From positions 1 through 40,936 of the forward strand of contig JBHGNT010000276.1 of NCBI GenBank assembly GCA_043228905.1: a stretch of DNA of 40,936 bases. Direction: 5' to 3'. Origin of the DNA: Azolla caroliniana. Its lineage: Eukaryota; Plantae; Polypodiophyta. Position numbers and translations under genes: made by a program. How positions within the stretch are numbered: the first letter of the stretch is position 1; every line of letters starts with the position of its first letter. Below the pieces are notes generated by a model. The model did no database searches and was not told where the DNA came from. It saw only the letters and a program-made list of their open reading frames with translations. Of the stretch, positions 24,610-39,545 are shown one piece after another.

Positions 24610-26185
24610 AAATCTCTCTTGGTGAATGGACACTGGAATCTAATCATAGGGCTTTATATATTGACCTCAAATGTATGCATAGGTTTGATTGTGAGAAGGC
24701 CATTAAAGATTATAAACAATTGCACTTGACCATGAACTTAAGTGAACACCCATGTATTCCAAGATGGTTGAGGATATGTTACAAATGACAAAGATATAAC
24801 ATGATGCAACACTAGAATGCAAATGGGAAGCTTTTAAGAAAATAAGTCTCTCATGTACAAACAAATGTTTTTCGACCAACCACACATCTTGGAAATGCAC
24901 CAAGAAATGTAGTTCAAAGAAAAAATGGTGTGATAAAGAATGTCGTGAAGCTCGAGAGTGCCTTATGGTTTTGGATGTAGTTAAGGATAAAGAAAATCAC
25001 CAAAAGCATTTGCATGAGTATAAAAGGCTTATTCAAAGAAAAAGAAGAACATGGGAAGTTACTCAACAATTTTTCCAAACGCAAGAGAAAGCACATGCAT
25101 GTGCTAAATTTTGGGGAAATCTAAAGGGAAACGTGTTGAGAGTTATAGTGACTTAACTCTTCACGAATTGTCTATGCATTGTAAGAATTTATATGAGCTA
25201 TCTCTTGCTGGAAAGATGATTTGTTATGGTTCTCTTTTACATATGTCTCCCTTCTTTACAATTGAAGATATATGCATAGGGCTTAAGAAATTGGCCTCTC
25301 GAAAAGCAAACGATCTTCAATGTATAAAGGCTAAAATGCTCAAATGGACGGGAAAGGAAGCATAAGTATGGATAAATGATATGTTTAATGATGCATTGCA
25401 ACATGGTATGCCGTATGATTAGACAACAAATTGGATCAAACCTTTACATTAAGGTGGAGATATAAATAATGTAAACAATTATCAAACCATCATGGTTGGT
25501 TGTTAATGGCAAAACTATTTGAATGTATTATGGACAAGTTGGTTTTCGAAAACACCATAACACCATTGATCACCTTGTCACCCTTCAAGTATTAATGGAG
25601 GAAAGTCGCCTTAGAGGTCATGGTTTATATTGTTACTTTGTAGACTTCAAGAAAGCTTTTGATATGGTACCTCGTCGGCATCTTTGAAGGCGAATGGAAG
25701 AACTCGTGGTGCCAATTGAATATATACTTGCAATTTCCCAAATATATGAGAAGGTTATATGTTGTGTGTGTATGAGAGTTGACTTTCAGATTTTTTCAAT
25801 AGCACTATTGGTGTTAAGCAAGGACACTCACTCTGACAAACACTATTTGGTCTATGGAAGAAATGGTTGCCAAGTTTGTAAAGGAAGAACGTGTTGAAGA
25901 AGTTGCGATTGGGAATGTTGTCATTATGTTTTTGCTATATGCGGATGATATAGTGTTTTTTGCAAATACTTTAGGAGATACACAAAAGCTTATGAAGGCA
26001 TTGGAAAAAATTTGCATGCATACTAAATTAAGTGTCAATAGATCTAAAACAAAGATTATGCTTGTGAAGAGCCAAAAAAGAGATAAACCATGCATTATGT
26101 ACAATAATGAGCCACTTGAATGTGTGGAAAGCTTCAAATATCTTGGCCTTGAAGTTCCTTCAAATCATAGATGGAATCGAATAGG
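24610..26185 (+). mobile_element. Degraded non-LTR retrotransposon (LINE) ORF2 fragment: endonuclease end plus reverse transcriptase
   Basis: Interrupted frames give ESNHRAL (SDH-like endonuclease end), KWCDKECREAR, TIEDICIGLKKLASRKAND, KPLH*GGDINNVNNYQTI, GFRKHHNTIDHL, FVDFKKAFDMVPR, GVKQG, LLYADDIV and FKYLG, with several stops and frameshifts. Confidence 0.92.
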
Positions 26186-28052
26186 GATTTAATGCATATA
26201 AGATAATATAAATAAAGCTAGAAAATAGCACTTTGAACACACCTCAAGGAAAATGAAGAGATCATGGACAGATGAGAAATTATCCTAATTCAAAAACACA
26301 CAAAAGCCTATAAAAATGTCTACCCTAAATAGAGTATTCTCAATGGAAATCTACATATACATGCAAACTACTAGACAAAGTACATCACAAGCATTGAAAT
26401 TATCTTTTGACAAGCATTACATCCATGCATACAAGTGGTGGAATAGAATGTTGAGGCCACCAAAGACATGTATATCTTACTTGAGTTCTCATAAAGTCGT
26501 ATTTTATTTATGTAACCTCAAACCTTTATAGGCTAGTGGCTTTGATCCTCCATGTTAGCTCGGGAGAGCGCAATTAGGCGACGGTAGAGTACACATGTTA
26601 CCTTGATGATATCCTTAATGGTGTCTAGGTTAACTTGGAGTTCGGTTGTAAAGTTTGTTGGTGGGCTTTGGGGTGTTGTGATCCCACTTAACTTTAGTTG
26701 GGGGAGTGACTCGGTCATGGTAGCAACTCAAGTGATAGACTCCATGATGCGGTATCTTTCTAGGCCTCCTTTTTAACTCTTCCTCTAACGAGTCGTATGT
26801 GTCTTCACGTATTTGGGCCTTGGGTGTTAGAGTGATTTCAAGTTATGGAACCGAATGAGGTGCTAGTGTGCCTTGTTTGCCTTTGGGTTGTCCTTGTGTC
26901 AAGCTTAAGTTATCATCCTCTAGGAGTACTAGTTCGCATGGTGTATGTCATGTTGTGGTGTCCGTCGACAAGGTGTGGTGTTCCCATTCTTGTGCGAGGA
27001 GCAGTTGCGTTGGGGTTGTTCCCATGGGCTAGCACCTTTGTTGTTATGCTCATAGGGAGCACTCTGATGTGTAGTTTATAGAAGCAGGGGGGATGCAACA
27101 GGACATGGCTTGTTGGCAAGGCCTTGTTAGTTGTTCATCGTTCCCCGTTGGCCTCCATGGACTTGTTGAACGAGTTCTTTTTCAAGAATTCACAACACTA
27201 GCATTTTGCCATCGTCAAGTTTCACCCATAGTGCATGTGTACTCTCTTGGCTGGTGCAGTGTCACTGATTTGTGAGATGGCTTGACATGTATAGTGCATG
27301 TTCTTGGGAACCTCCATGAGGCCCCAATCATCGTTGCCTTCTATTTGCTCAATTGGGCCGTGATTATTTTTAGCGTGACTTCACAGGTCTTCATCATCAA
27401 ATATGAACATTGTAACCTCCCCAATCCTTGGGTCATAACCCCCTTAACCATAACCATTACAGACTCACCCTACTTCTTCCACCTTCACCACATACAAGGT
27501 TGAGAAGGTCATCCAGAATCTTCGACATGTACCTTCATTCGCAACTACAAGGCAGTAAACCCAATGTAGCAGATCACCCATTAAACAGAAGATCATGTGT
27601 TGAATTGTGAGCACCACCTTATAATGATGGTATTTATTATGCAGATGCATCCAAGGCATTTTTATGCTATAAAAAAATTTGAACAGTGCTATAGAATGTC
27701 TGAGTGAAATTAGACTTCAGACTGATTGGAAGGGTATACATTTGAAATTACCCTTCAGGCTCTTAGACCAGGTTGTTTGCTAACGTTATTGAACTTCCAA
27801 GTTTATCATTGCATGTAGTTATAATTCATTTACCGTTGTTGATCAGTTGGAACAACCGATATAATGTGCCACTGTAAAAAACTCTAGAACTAACGTGATT
27901 AGACTAAGGAAGCATGTACAAGTTGTCTGGACATATATTATCTTATCATTATCCAAACAGAGCTATTGATATATGAGGAGATTGTACATAGAGGCATGAA
28001 TCATCTTCAGTGTGCAAATAGAGGTATGGATATATCAAGCTTTTTTTATAAA

Positions 28053-31033
28053 TTAAACTTCTTCATCAGCCATTAAAGCCGGTCGCATAACAAGGTAGAG
28101 AGCTGGACCTACAACTGGGATAAAAGCAAGGAATGTTGCCCAACTTCCCTCCTTTGACCTGCAAAAACGTGACACAGGAAACATATTTAATCCAAAATTT
28201 CACATTTGCCTTGCACAAATGCTTTGTTTCACTTCCAATGATATCATGTCAGGTATGTTATATGTCCCTTCTTTCTCTTTTGAACTAATAATATTTGTGA
28301 AGGTCTAATAGGGAAAGTCCTCCATGTATGTAGCTTCTGCATTAGATCATAACTAGTTTATTATATTGTTGCCACATACCACTTTCGAACGTCAATGTCA
28401 TTGAAGACCCAAAATGGTATCAATGAGTTTAATGCCAGAAAGTCCAGAGACATAACGTGGATCTGGAAATAAAGAACACCAAAAGAACTTAACATTAATA
28501 GTCCTTGTCAATTTGTGGTGCAAACTAATAGTAGGATTTCTTAGTGTATTTATCCTTGAGATGTTCCAAACAATTCAAGTTCATTCCTTTGGATGCAGCA
28601 TTATTCTCAAATAATGCATCCATGAAAACTAAGATTTTTAAGGAAATTTCCTTACAAATCTGCTTGATCGGAAATACTTCAGAAACTCTGCCCACGATTC
28701 TTGGCCGGCAAAAGCTGCTGTACCTACTAAAAATGCTCCCACCAAAGCCACAGCCTGAAACAGATTCTATACATTATATTTATATTATAAAACCCAAGAA
28801 CCCATGCACTGAAGATTTTTTAGTTCAAAAAACATAGTTCATATGTAGCAGATTCTACACATTACATTTGTATTATACAATCCCAAGCATGTAATGTGAC
28901 GTTTTTTGGTTGAAAAAACAGCATATATAAAATAATCGATACAGAATATTTATTTTATACAGTCCTTATGATCCATGCAATGTAGACTTTTGAGACGAAT
29001 TTTTTGTAATGCATACAGATAATTATCGATGGGCACAGGAACTATCTCAAAAAAAAAGTATACATACACCAGCAAGTATCTTCGAGTCCAATATCTTCAA
29101 TGGCCACCCTTCTATTTCTTCTTTTGAAACTTTGGGTGGTGGTGGTTCCCATAATCCAAAGTAAGGCAAAAGTGCAAAAGCACCAAAAAAAACTGAGAGG
29201 CTTGTAAATGGCCAGATAGGTAACTTACTTCTTGCACTGTAGAAAAACAAGGAATCACCTATGTTAATGATAATTTTGACACAAAATGCTTGTTTGAGTA
29301 TATCATATTGCAAATGTTGAAACATTTTATATGAAGCTGGAAATTGGCAATTAGTGTGCAGCTCAATTCATACACAAGGAGAACAAGTGTCTTATATTCA
29401 TAGTTCCTAATATCGCATATGTCCCATCTGGTAGACATATACGAACGTTTGTATATATTCGCATATAATACGCGATATTCGTTTTCTTTTTTAGTTTTAG
29501 GAATGAGTTACGACTCTTGACCATTGTCTATAAAAATGTTGTTTATTTTTTATTTTTCATATTTAAAAAAAATAGAATAATAAAAACAATAATAAATATA
29601 AATATAGACGAATAAATTTCAATCATACTTGGAGCCATTTCATGTATGAGTATGGCACGAATGGGAAGTATGGCTAGAACTATGATTATATTGGGCACAA
29701 ATATTCAAGACTGAAACTGCCTGTGAAAATGAGCATAGTATTGCATCACAACATGGCAAAAACTGTTGGCAAAAGTGTACACATTTTATATAATTACCAG
29801 TATAATATGAAAAAATAGGAAATTTTCCTATATCTTTTCTCAAAAAATTATCTCAGTAGATCCCCTACCCATCTTCTCCTGTTATGGATTTGTCAGCGAA
29901 TCAAAATCAATGTGGTAAATCTCTAAAGATTGATTGGGCACTCTCTATTGTTACTGTAATACCACTAGATTCGTGGTATGGCTGATCTACTTCCGTCGAA
30001 ACATTATGTATGCTTAACCAAACCAAAACAAATTTATAAGATTATATAATACAATAGTGAAGAATTTCAAAATCTTCAGCAAAATTCAAATGAATTTTAA
30101 CCATACCTTCTTCCAGTGGGGATGAGCAACATACAATAGATGGCAGGCATAACTCCCATCAAATTCCATAAGCTGACTAAGACTTGATTCAGTTCAAAAC
30201 CATCATTACCCTTCAAGTAGAGGAGTTTCTCCAAGTAATACCTATCTGTCATCTTTCATACATATCATTCAACCATAGAGAAAACAAAAAAAATTAATCC
30301 TTGTTCTCAGCAAATGGTTTTTTTAAATTCCTGAAAATGCCTCTCAGAAAATATGACAAATGCTTAGTCATCCTTGAAATTTCTTCAAAAAAGTGCTAAA
30401 ACAGACTTTGGAATTTCATAAAAATAATTTGGAAAAAATCTTAAAATCTTAAAAACTCAGTAAATTTGGAAAAAAAACTTTGAAAATTCTTGTAAATCTA
30501 GGGCAAGTTGATCACAATCCCGAAAAACAACAGTATGAAAAAATTCTATTGATAAACAAAACATATTGTTAGGGTTTAAGGTTTAGGGTTTCCAGTTTAC
30601 AATAGGCATTGTTATGGCAATGTTGTATAATATATACATACTGGAGTTTGGTTTGGCGCGTAGAATGCACTGTAGCCCAAGAAAGCAGCCCAAAAACCAA
30701 AAATGAACACAGATGAGATTCGATCCCACCGCTTCCATTACCGTCGCCATCATCATCACCATCTCCACCACCTCCTCGTCCTTTTCCATCAAAAGGGCTA
30801 ATCACTTCTCTCCCTTCCACTTCTTCTTCTTCTTCTCTTCGTCTTTCTCTTCTCGGTCTCTTGAATCAATCTCGCACTGAAAGCAAGAAAGTTCGATCGT
30901 CCCGTAGATAATGTGGTACATGGGAAGCTTCTGAACTGCTTTTCCTCTGTTTTAGGGTTGAAACATGGTGGCTTGTCTTGGAGTGGGAGGAGCAGAGAGA
31001 GAGCAGTGATGACGTGGACGCCACGGTGGCCAT
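28053..31033 (-). CDS. Putative plastid multi-pass membrane protein (At2g04360-like, related to cyanobacterial DUF2834 proteins); exon 1 disrupted as assembled
   Basis: Minus-strand exons 31033-30642 (MATVASTSS... ending YAPNQTP|gt), 30252-30107 (DRYYLEKLL..GNDGF.LNQVLVSLWNLMG), 29236-29068 (LPIWPF..FGAFALLPYFGLWEPPPP), 28754-28656, 28462-28380 (IHVMSLDF..PFWVFND) and 28158-28053 (FIPVVGPALYLVMRP, TAA). Exon 1 has a TGA at 30866-30868 and a frame change near 30727. The family assignment is from memory of the homolog, not from a search. Confidence 0.78.
30569..30591 (-). promoter_or_regulatory. Telo-box / interstitial telomeric motif cluster in intron 1
   Basis: TTAGGG TTTAAGG TTTAGGG TTT on +, read as AAACCCTAAACCTTAAACCCTAA in the gene's sense. 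Confidence 0.55.
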
Positions 31034-31118
31034 GGGAGCTCTCCTGCGGAGGGATCGCTCATTTCCTGTGCCAGAGAAAACTAATCTCCAGAAATAGCCC
31101 AAATCTATTTCCGATTTT

Positions 31119-31238
31119 TACATAATTAGGCCTCTGTTTTTCCAGAATCCAAAAATGAGAGAGTGCCTCTAATATCTACATAATTAGGCCTCTACTTTTG
31201 CTTGATTAGGCCTCTAATATCTACATAATTAGGCCTCA
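31119..31238. repeat. Short repeats (TACATAATTAGGCCT core x4) in the proximal promoter
   Basis: attaggcct at about 31125, 31183, 31205 and 31228, two of them preceded by ctctaatatctacata. Confidence 0.85.
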
Positions 31239-31380
31239 CATTCTCTTGAATTTTCTCAATTACACCGAGTGATGGCTATGAGGTGTTGTGTCTACAAACA
31301 TGTCATGACCTTCACTCTTTTGACATTCCCGATATGAAAGTGGGCGAGAGTTAAAGCTATAGTTCTCTCTCTCTAACGCT

Positions 31381-31750
31381 AACTTTAGTGGTGTCGATCC
31401 CTAAATGCTCGTAAGTGTTAATTGTGGAATCTAGTGTCTTCGGACAACTTTGATATATCAACCGGATTAATGCTTCCATTCAACTCAAGCCCAGATATCC
31501 CTTACTTTAGTGGTGTCGATCCCCAAATGCACATAAGTGTTAATTGTGGTCCGTGGAATCTAGTGTCTTCGGACAACTCTGATATATCGACCGGTTTAAT
31601 GCTTCCATTCGACTCAAGCCCAGATATCCCTAACTTTAGTGGTGTCGATCCCTAAATGCACACCAAGTGTTAATTGTGGAATGTAGTGTCTTCGAACAAC
31701 TCTGATGTATCATACGGTGTAATGCTTCCATTCAACTCAAGCCCAGATAT
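31381..31750. repeat. Tandem repeat, about 122-129 bp x3
   Basis: Unit actttagtggtgtcgatcc...aagtgttaattgtgg...tagtgtcttcg.acaact.tgat.tatc...taatgcttccattc.actcaagcccagatat starts at about 31382, 31504 and 31633. Confidence 0.95.
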
Positions 31751-33196
31751 TTGCAGGTCTCGCCCTATTGCCACCACTTGTAAGATACCAACCAAAGCAC
31801 ATCTCTCTCCTTGTATTGCATAACAATGGGACTCTTAAGATTCTCCCTTCTTCCATATAGAACACATCTACGTTTTGGCAAATGTAACTAACCGAGCAAC
31901 TCAATGTCTACATCCTAAGTTTTGTCATGCCTCTGCTTGTCAAGCTATGTTTATCAAAATTTATGCACAATTCTCAACTCTCTAAAGTTGAGAAACGTTT
32001 TCATTGGAGTTCTCACTATCATCACATGCTATGAGTTCTTGAAAGGTTTCCCTTGTTCCCCATTTCATGATACACTTAAGCGTCTTCATTCGAAAACATG
32101 GAGAAAAGAACCTTCGTTAGTTGATTTCTAGACCAACATGTCTTACTATACTCGAATGTTGTTTAAACATTCTTCCACAGTTCAAGTTCTTTATTAAACA
32201 CAAATTTCAATCCTCGGGAACAAACACTAGGGTTCACCAATACATCTATGACATATCAAAGATGAAACAATTAAAACACTCTTGGTTTTCCATACCACCA
32301 ATTTTAGATTTCTTACCCCATTATTAAAGGCCACTTAACCATTTACAAGACATCACAATTGAAGTATTGCGAGAACCACAATGGTCATAGAGTAACCTTG
32401 AATCACATAATCTCCATCACACATTGACCTCCATTTGTGGAATTAACCAAGTTCTCAAAACACTTGTCCATAGTTCACAAATATGAGGAGATTGTTTTCT
32501 CATACAAGGGGTGAAATAAATGAACTTCTCCATTTTTCTTTTGATATTCATTCAACCATGTTCAGTGAGTTGACCGGCTAAAGGAACTCCTCATCAACAT
32601 TACAAAATGAATATTCGTAACCAGTAACAGTATTTCCATACCTTTCTCATGTGGGTGCTGCAATCTTGAAAAGTTAGTGGAGAATTTAATGCAACACTTA
32701 AAAGAAAGCAATAATCATCATCATGAGATGTCAAGAGCGCTTTTTTACAAGTATACTGGTCCTGTATATTCCTTGCCAGTTGAAAATGTTACAAAATAAA
32801 TATTGCCATTTGCCTTGAGAGCCCAAAACTCGTCGAAGAGCCATTTACATCGGCAATATGGATGCATTATATAAGCAAAGTTCACAACCTTATTTCACTC
32901 AAAGAGCTACAAAATCTCCACAGCCATTAGATAGCAAGGATCTCGAAGTTGGTAAAATATCGATTTGGCCTTAAAAAGGATGAATTTTCCCATCCAATGA
33001 ATAAAGCTAGCAGCTTTATGTAGCAAATGTTACAATGTTAAAACAATCCATTGTAGTCTAGTTAAGCTTGTAGGAAGCTTACACATCAAAGGGGCAAAGC
33101 CTCGAATTTGACTTCAGCAATTTCAAACTTCAGAAATGCAGCTGAACCCAAAATTGATGCAAGAAGTATGTGCAAGCAAATACACGTCAAGTCACA

Positions 33197-36706
<3,510 letters not shown>

Positions 36707-36767
36707 TCTGCCTTCAAGTTGTGTTTTCTTACTATGTGAATTTATTTCGACGGTATAAAACCCTTGC

Positions 36768-36915
36768 CTATTCACAAAATAAGGAGGATATAATTGAAAG
36801 CATTGAAGATGGCCATGTGTTCATGGGAAAGGAGAGGCCTCTGGTACTGTGGCAGAAACTGACAAGACTATATTCCAGTGGCTCCTTCAGACATAGCAAC
36901 CAGTGTCAGGATCAT
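36768..36915 (-). promoter_or_regulatory. Two candidate uORFs upstream of the SnRK1 ATG
   Basis: 36915-36868 MILTLVAMSEGATGI* and 36824-36768 MNTWPSSMLSIISSLFCE*, downstream of the acceptor-like ttttgcag ending at 36925. Confidence 0.45.
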
Positions 36916-39039
36916 ACCAAGACCCTGCAAAATAAGAGAACCATATTATAAAACATGTCACAAGGACAAACAACCATATAATAAAAACATACCGCAAGGA
37001 CAAACACCACTATGATCAGGCAATTAGGAATTCATCACCATGTCTAGAGTCTATGGATTAGTCATCTAAATGAAATGAATGTCCCCTCAATTGGATCCCC
37101 AATAGTCAACATACAGTTGGCACAGTTTCCAGTCAATACTGGCTGTCCAAAACTTCAACCTCCATCGACACTTCTTACATTACCAATACTCTCAAACAAA
37201 CTAAAATTGACTTCCTTTCTGTAGATATGAAATAGAGGCTGTTAGTTTTTAAAGTATCAGAACTTTTATTCTAATGAAAGGCTATAAATACAATTAAAAT
37301 ACTTAGTATCAACCTATGCATTTGACATTTGCAAACAGAAGTCAAACATTTGTAAATAGCATATTGTTGATACTAGTCTTATTTTCTTAGCCAATATCTT
37401 AGGCTACTATGTTCATAAAGCACATTGTAGCCCAGTTGTTGGAAGTTCATAAACTTGTAGCAAAGACATCAACTCAATTAGTCATCCAACTAATGGACCC
37501 TATTTTTAATCAAGTATACAATAGATTTAGTGAAATGATCCATTCAGTAAACTGAAGTACACCACCCAGTGAGGATTTAAGTGTAACGCACAAAAGCAAA
37601 ATAATACGGGCTTGCACTTGGACATTGCAATCATCATAGACCTACACACTATAATGATCGCATGACCCATTGCATTGGTTATGAAATTGAGCTCTTTTCT
37701 TGTGTATGTCTTGTTTTTCTATTAATTAGTTATATTTATTTTGGTTTGTTGTTTTCAAAGATGAGACAACATTAATCTCTAATTTGGTGTCACAGATATT
37801 TTACCTCTTAACGGATGTTAATTTATCTTTCTCTCCCTCTCTCTCTCTCTAGGTGCTCAGCCTATCACAGGATTCAAGGGCATCATTACTGTATTCTTAG
37901 AGAGGGTTTTGAACCCTTATTAACAAATCCTGGATTCTTATGATTCAGGACTCTATCTACAAAAAAAGCATAAGAGTACAGATTCCTACACTGAGAGATC
38001 GAACCACCCCCAAGGTATTATCCAACTACAGATCACTGACTTTTTCAAAGGACCACCGGTGAAGACTCATGGTCAACAGTACACTTGGCGGCACCTCAAT
38101 GACACCCTTTTTGCGAGATCCAAGTTGATCCAATCATCCAGCTAGATCATTTTTGACAATCTCAAATGCACGGCTCTGCACACCCTATACGGAAACTGCA
38201 TCAATGGATCCGGAGCCTCATTCTGAACTATCAAGCAGGCCCATCTAGGCATCTTACTATGGAGGTTGTTGATATCATTCTAGGAAACCCATTGTGGATC
38301 TCACTAAATGAATTCCCCTCCTTGTTGTATGAGTAGTAGTATCACTGTCAGCTTCATGCTACCTTTGTTTGATATGTTATCCTATCCATTTGCATTCTTT
38401 TTACCATAGGTAGAGTTCTTTTCTCCTTTTAGTTTTCAGAGTTATCGGACATTATATCACCTGGTTGTTTGGCCATTCAAAGATATTACTATACGATTAT
38501 ATCCTCTCCATGTTATTGGTCTTATTCCATAGGATCATCATGGAAATTCAAAGTTTCTATCTCCCCAATCGTGTGTGTGTGTGTGTGTATATATATATAC
38601 TTGTGAAAACCTAAGGCTGAATTGAAAGATCTGCTTTTAACTGAGAAATCCTAAGTCTGAATTAAAAATTATTCGTCTCATTGTGAAACACTGTGAATTG
38701 GATTCTTATTCTTCCATAAATATGATCTCTTTCTTTGCTCTGCCATAAATATGAAACCTTTTTCTTCTTCATCCATGAATAGAACGTGTTTCTTCTTCGT
38801 CATTGTCCATAGATATGACATGTTTCTTCCTCTTCTACTATAAAAATACTCTTTTTCTTTGTCTTTGTCTTTGTCTCTCTGTATGAAAACCTCGTTCAGA
38901 ATTAAGCACAACTACAGACAATTCTAACATATACAGTATCCAGATGTTCCATTCTCTCCAAGCCAGAGAGTAGACCGTTTCTACTTAGAATACACAACAA
39001 GAGCAACAAGAGCAAAAAAGAGCACAAACAAAACTAAAT

Positions 39040-39360
39040 ACTTACCCTAAATTCAGATCATTTCAGAGCAGAAGCCAGAGACAGATACACAACAATAAAT
39101 ACAAACCCAAACAACCATTTATTCGGAATTCAGATCATTTCAGAGAAGATACAGATAGAAACCAAATATATATGTACACATATGCAGACATAAAACAACA
39201 AAATCAAACAAAAGAGGGGGGGAAACAGTTACTCTAAATTCAGATCATCTCAGAGTGGATACAGAGACAAATACATAGCAACAACAACAACAACAAAAAA
39301 AACAAAAACCCAAAGAAAGCAAACCCCTTTGTTCTGAATTCAGATCATTTCAGAGCAGAG
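39040..39360 (-). repeat. Four copies of AATTCAGATCAT(T/C)TCAGAG in the inferred SnRK1 leader intron
   Basis: Core tcagatcat at 39053, 39130, 39240 and 39340 in an A-B-A-B arrangement. Confidence 0.85.
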
Positions 39361-39383
39361 ACGGATACAGAGTGGTGGTATAC

Positions 39384-39482
39384 CTGGGAAACAGAGAGAA
39401 TATCTCTCTGATGTGGGAGGGGGGGGGGCACAGAGCAGAGTTGGGAGGAGACCAGATCAGAGAGAGACAGAGAAACAGAGAC

Positions 39483-39533
<51 letters not shown>

Positions 39534-39545
39534 AGGAGCCCTTCC
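39384..39545 (-). promoter_or_regulatory. Probable non-coding first exon / TSS region of SnRK1 with (CT)n and poly-C
   Basis: (GA)n 39486-39532 on +, G run 39419-39428, and donor-like CCCAG|GTATAC at 39384/39383 on the minus strand. Confidence 0.55.

Noticed and set aside
30866-30868. Selenocysteine or RNA-editing rescue of the TGA
   Set aside because: Land plants lack Sec machinery, U-to-C editing is organellar, and a separate frameshift would remain.
31381-31750. CRISPR-like array
   Set aside because: Whole units repeat with no unique spacers, there are no cas genes, and the context is eukaryotic; it is a tandem repeat.
39040-39360. Repeat-spacer array as CRISPR
   Set aside because: Spacing is irregular (77-110 bp) and the spacers are mutually similar low-complexity A/C-rich sequence.
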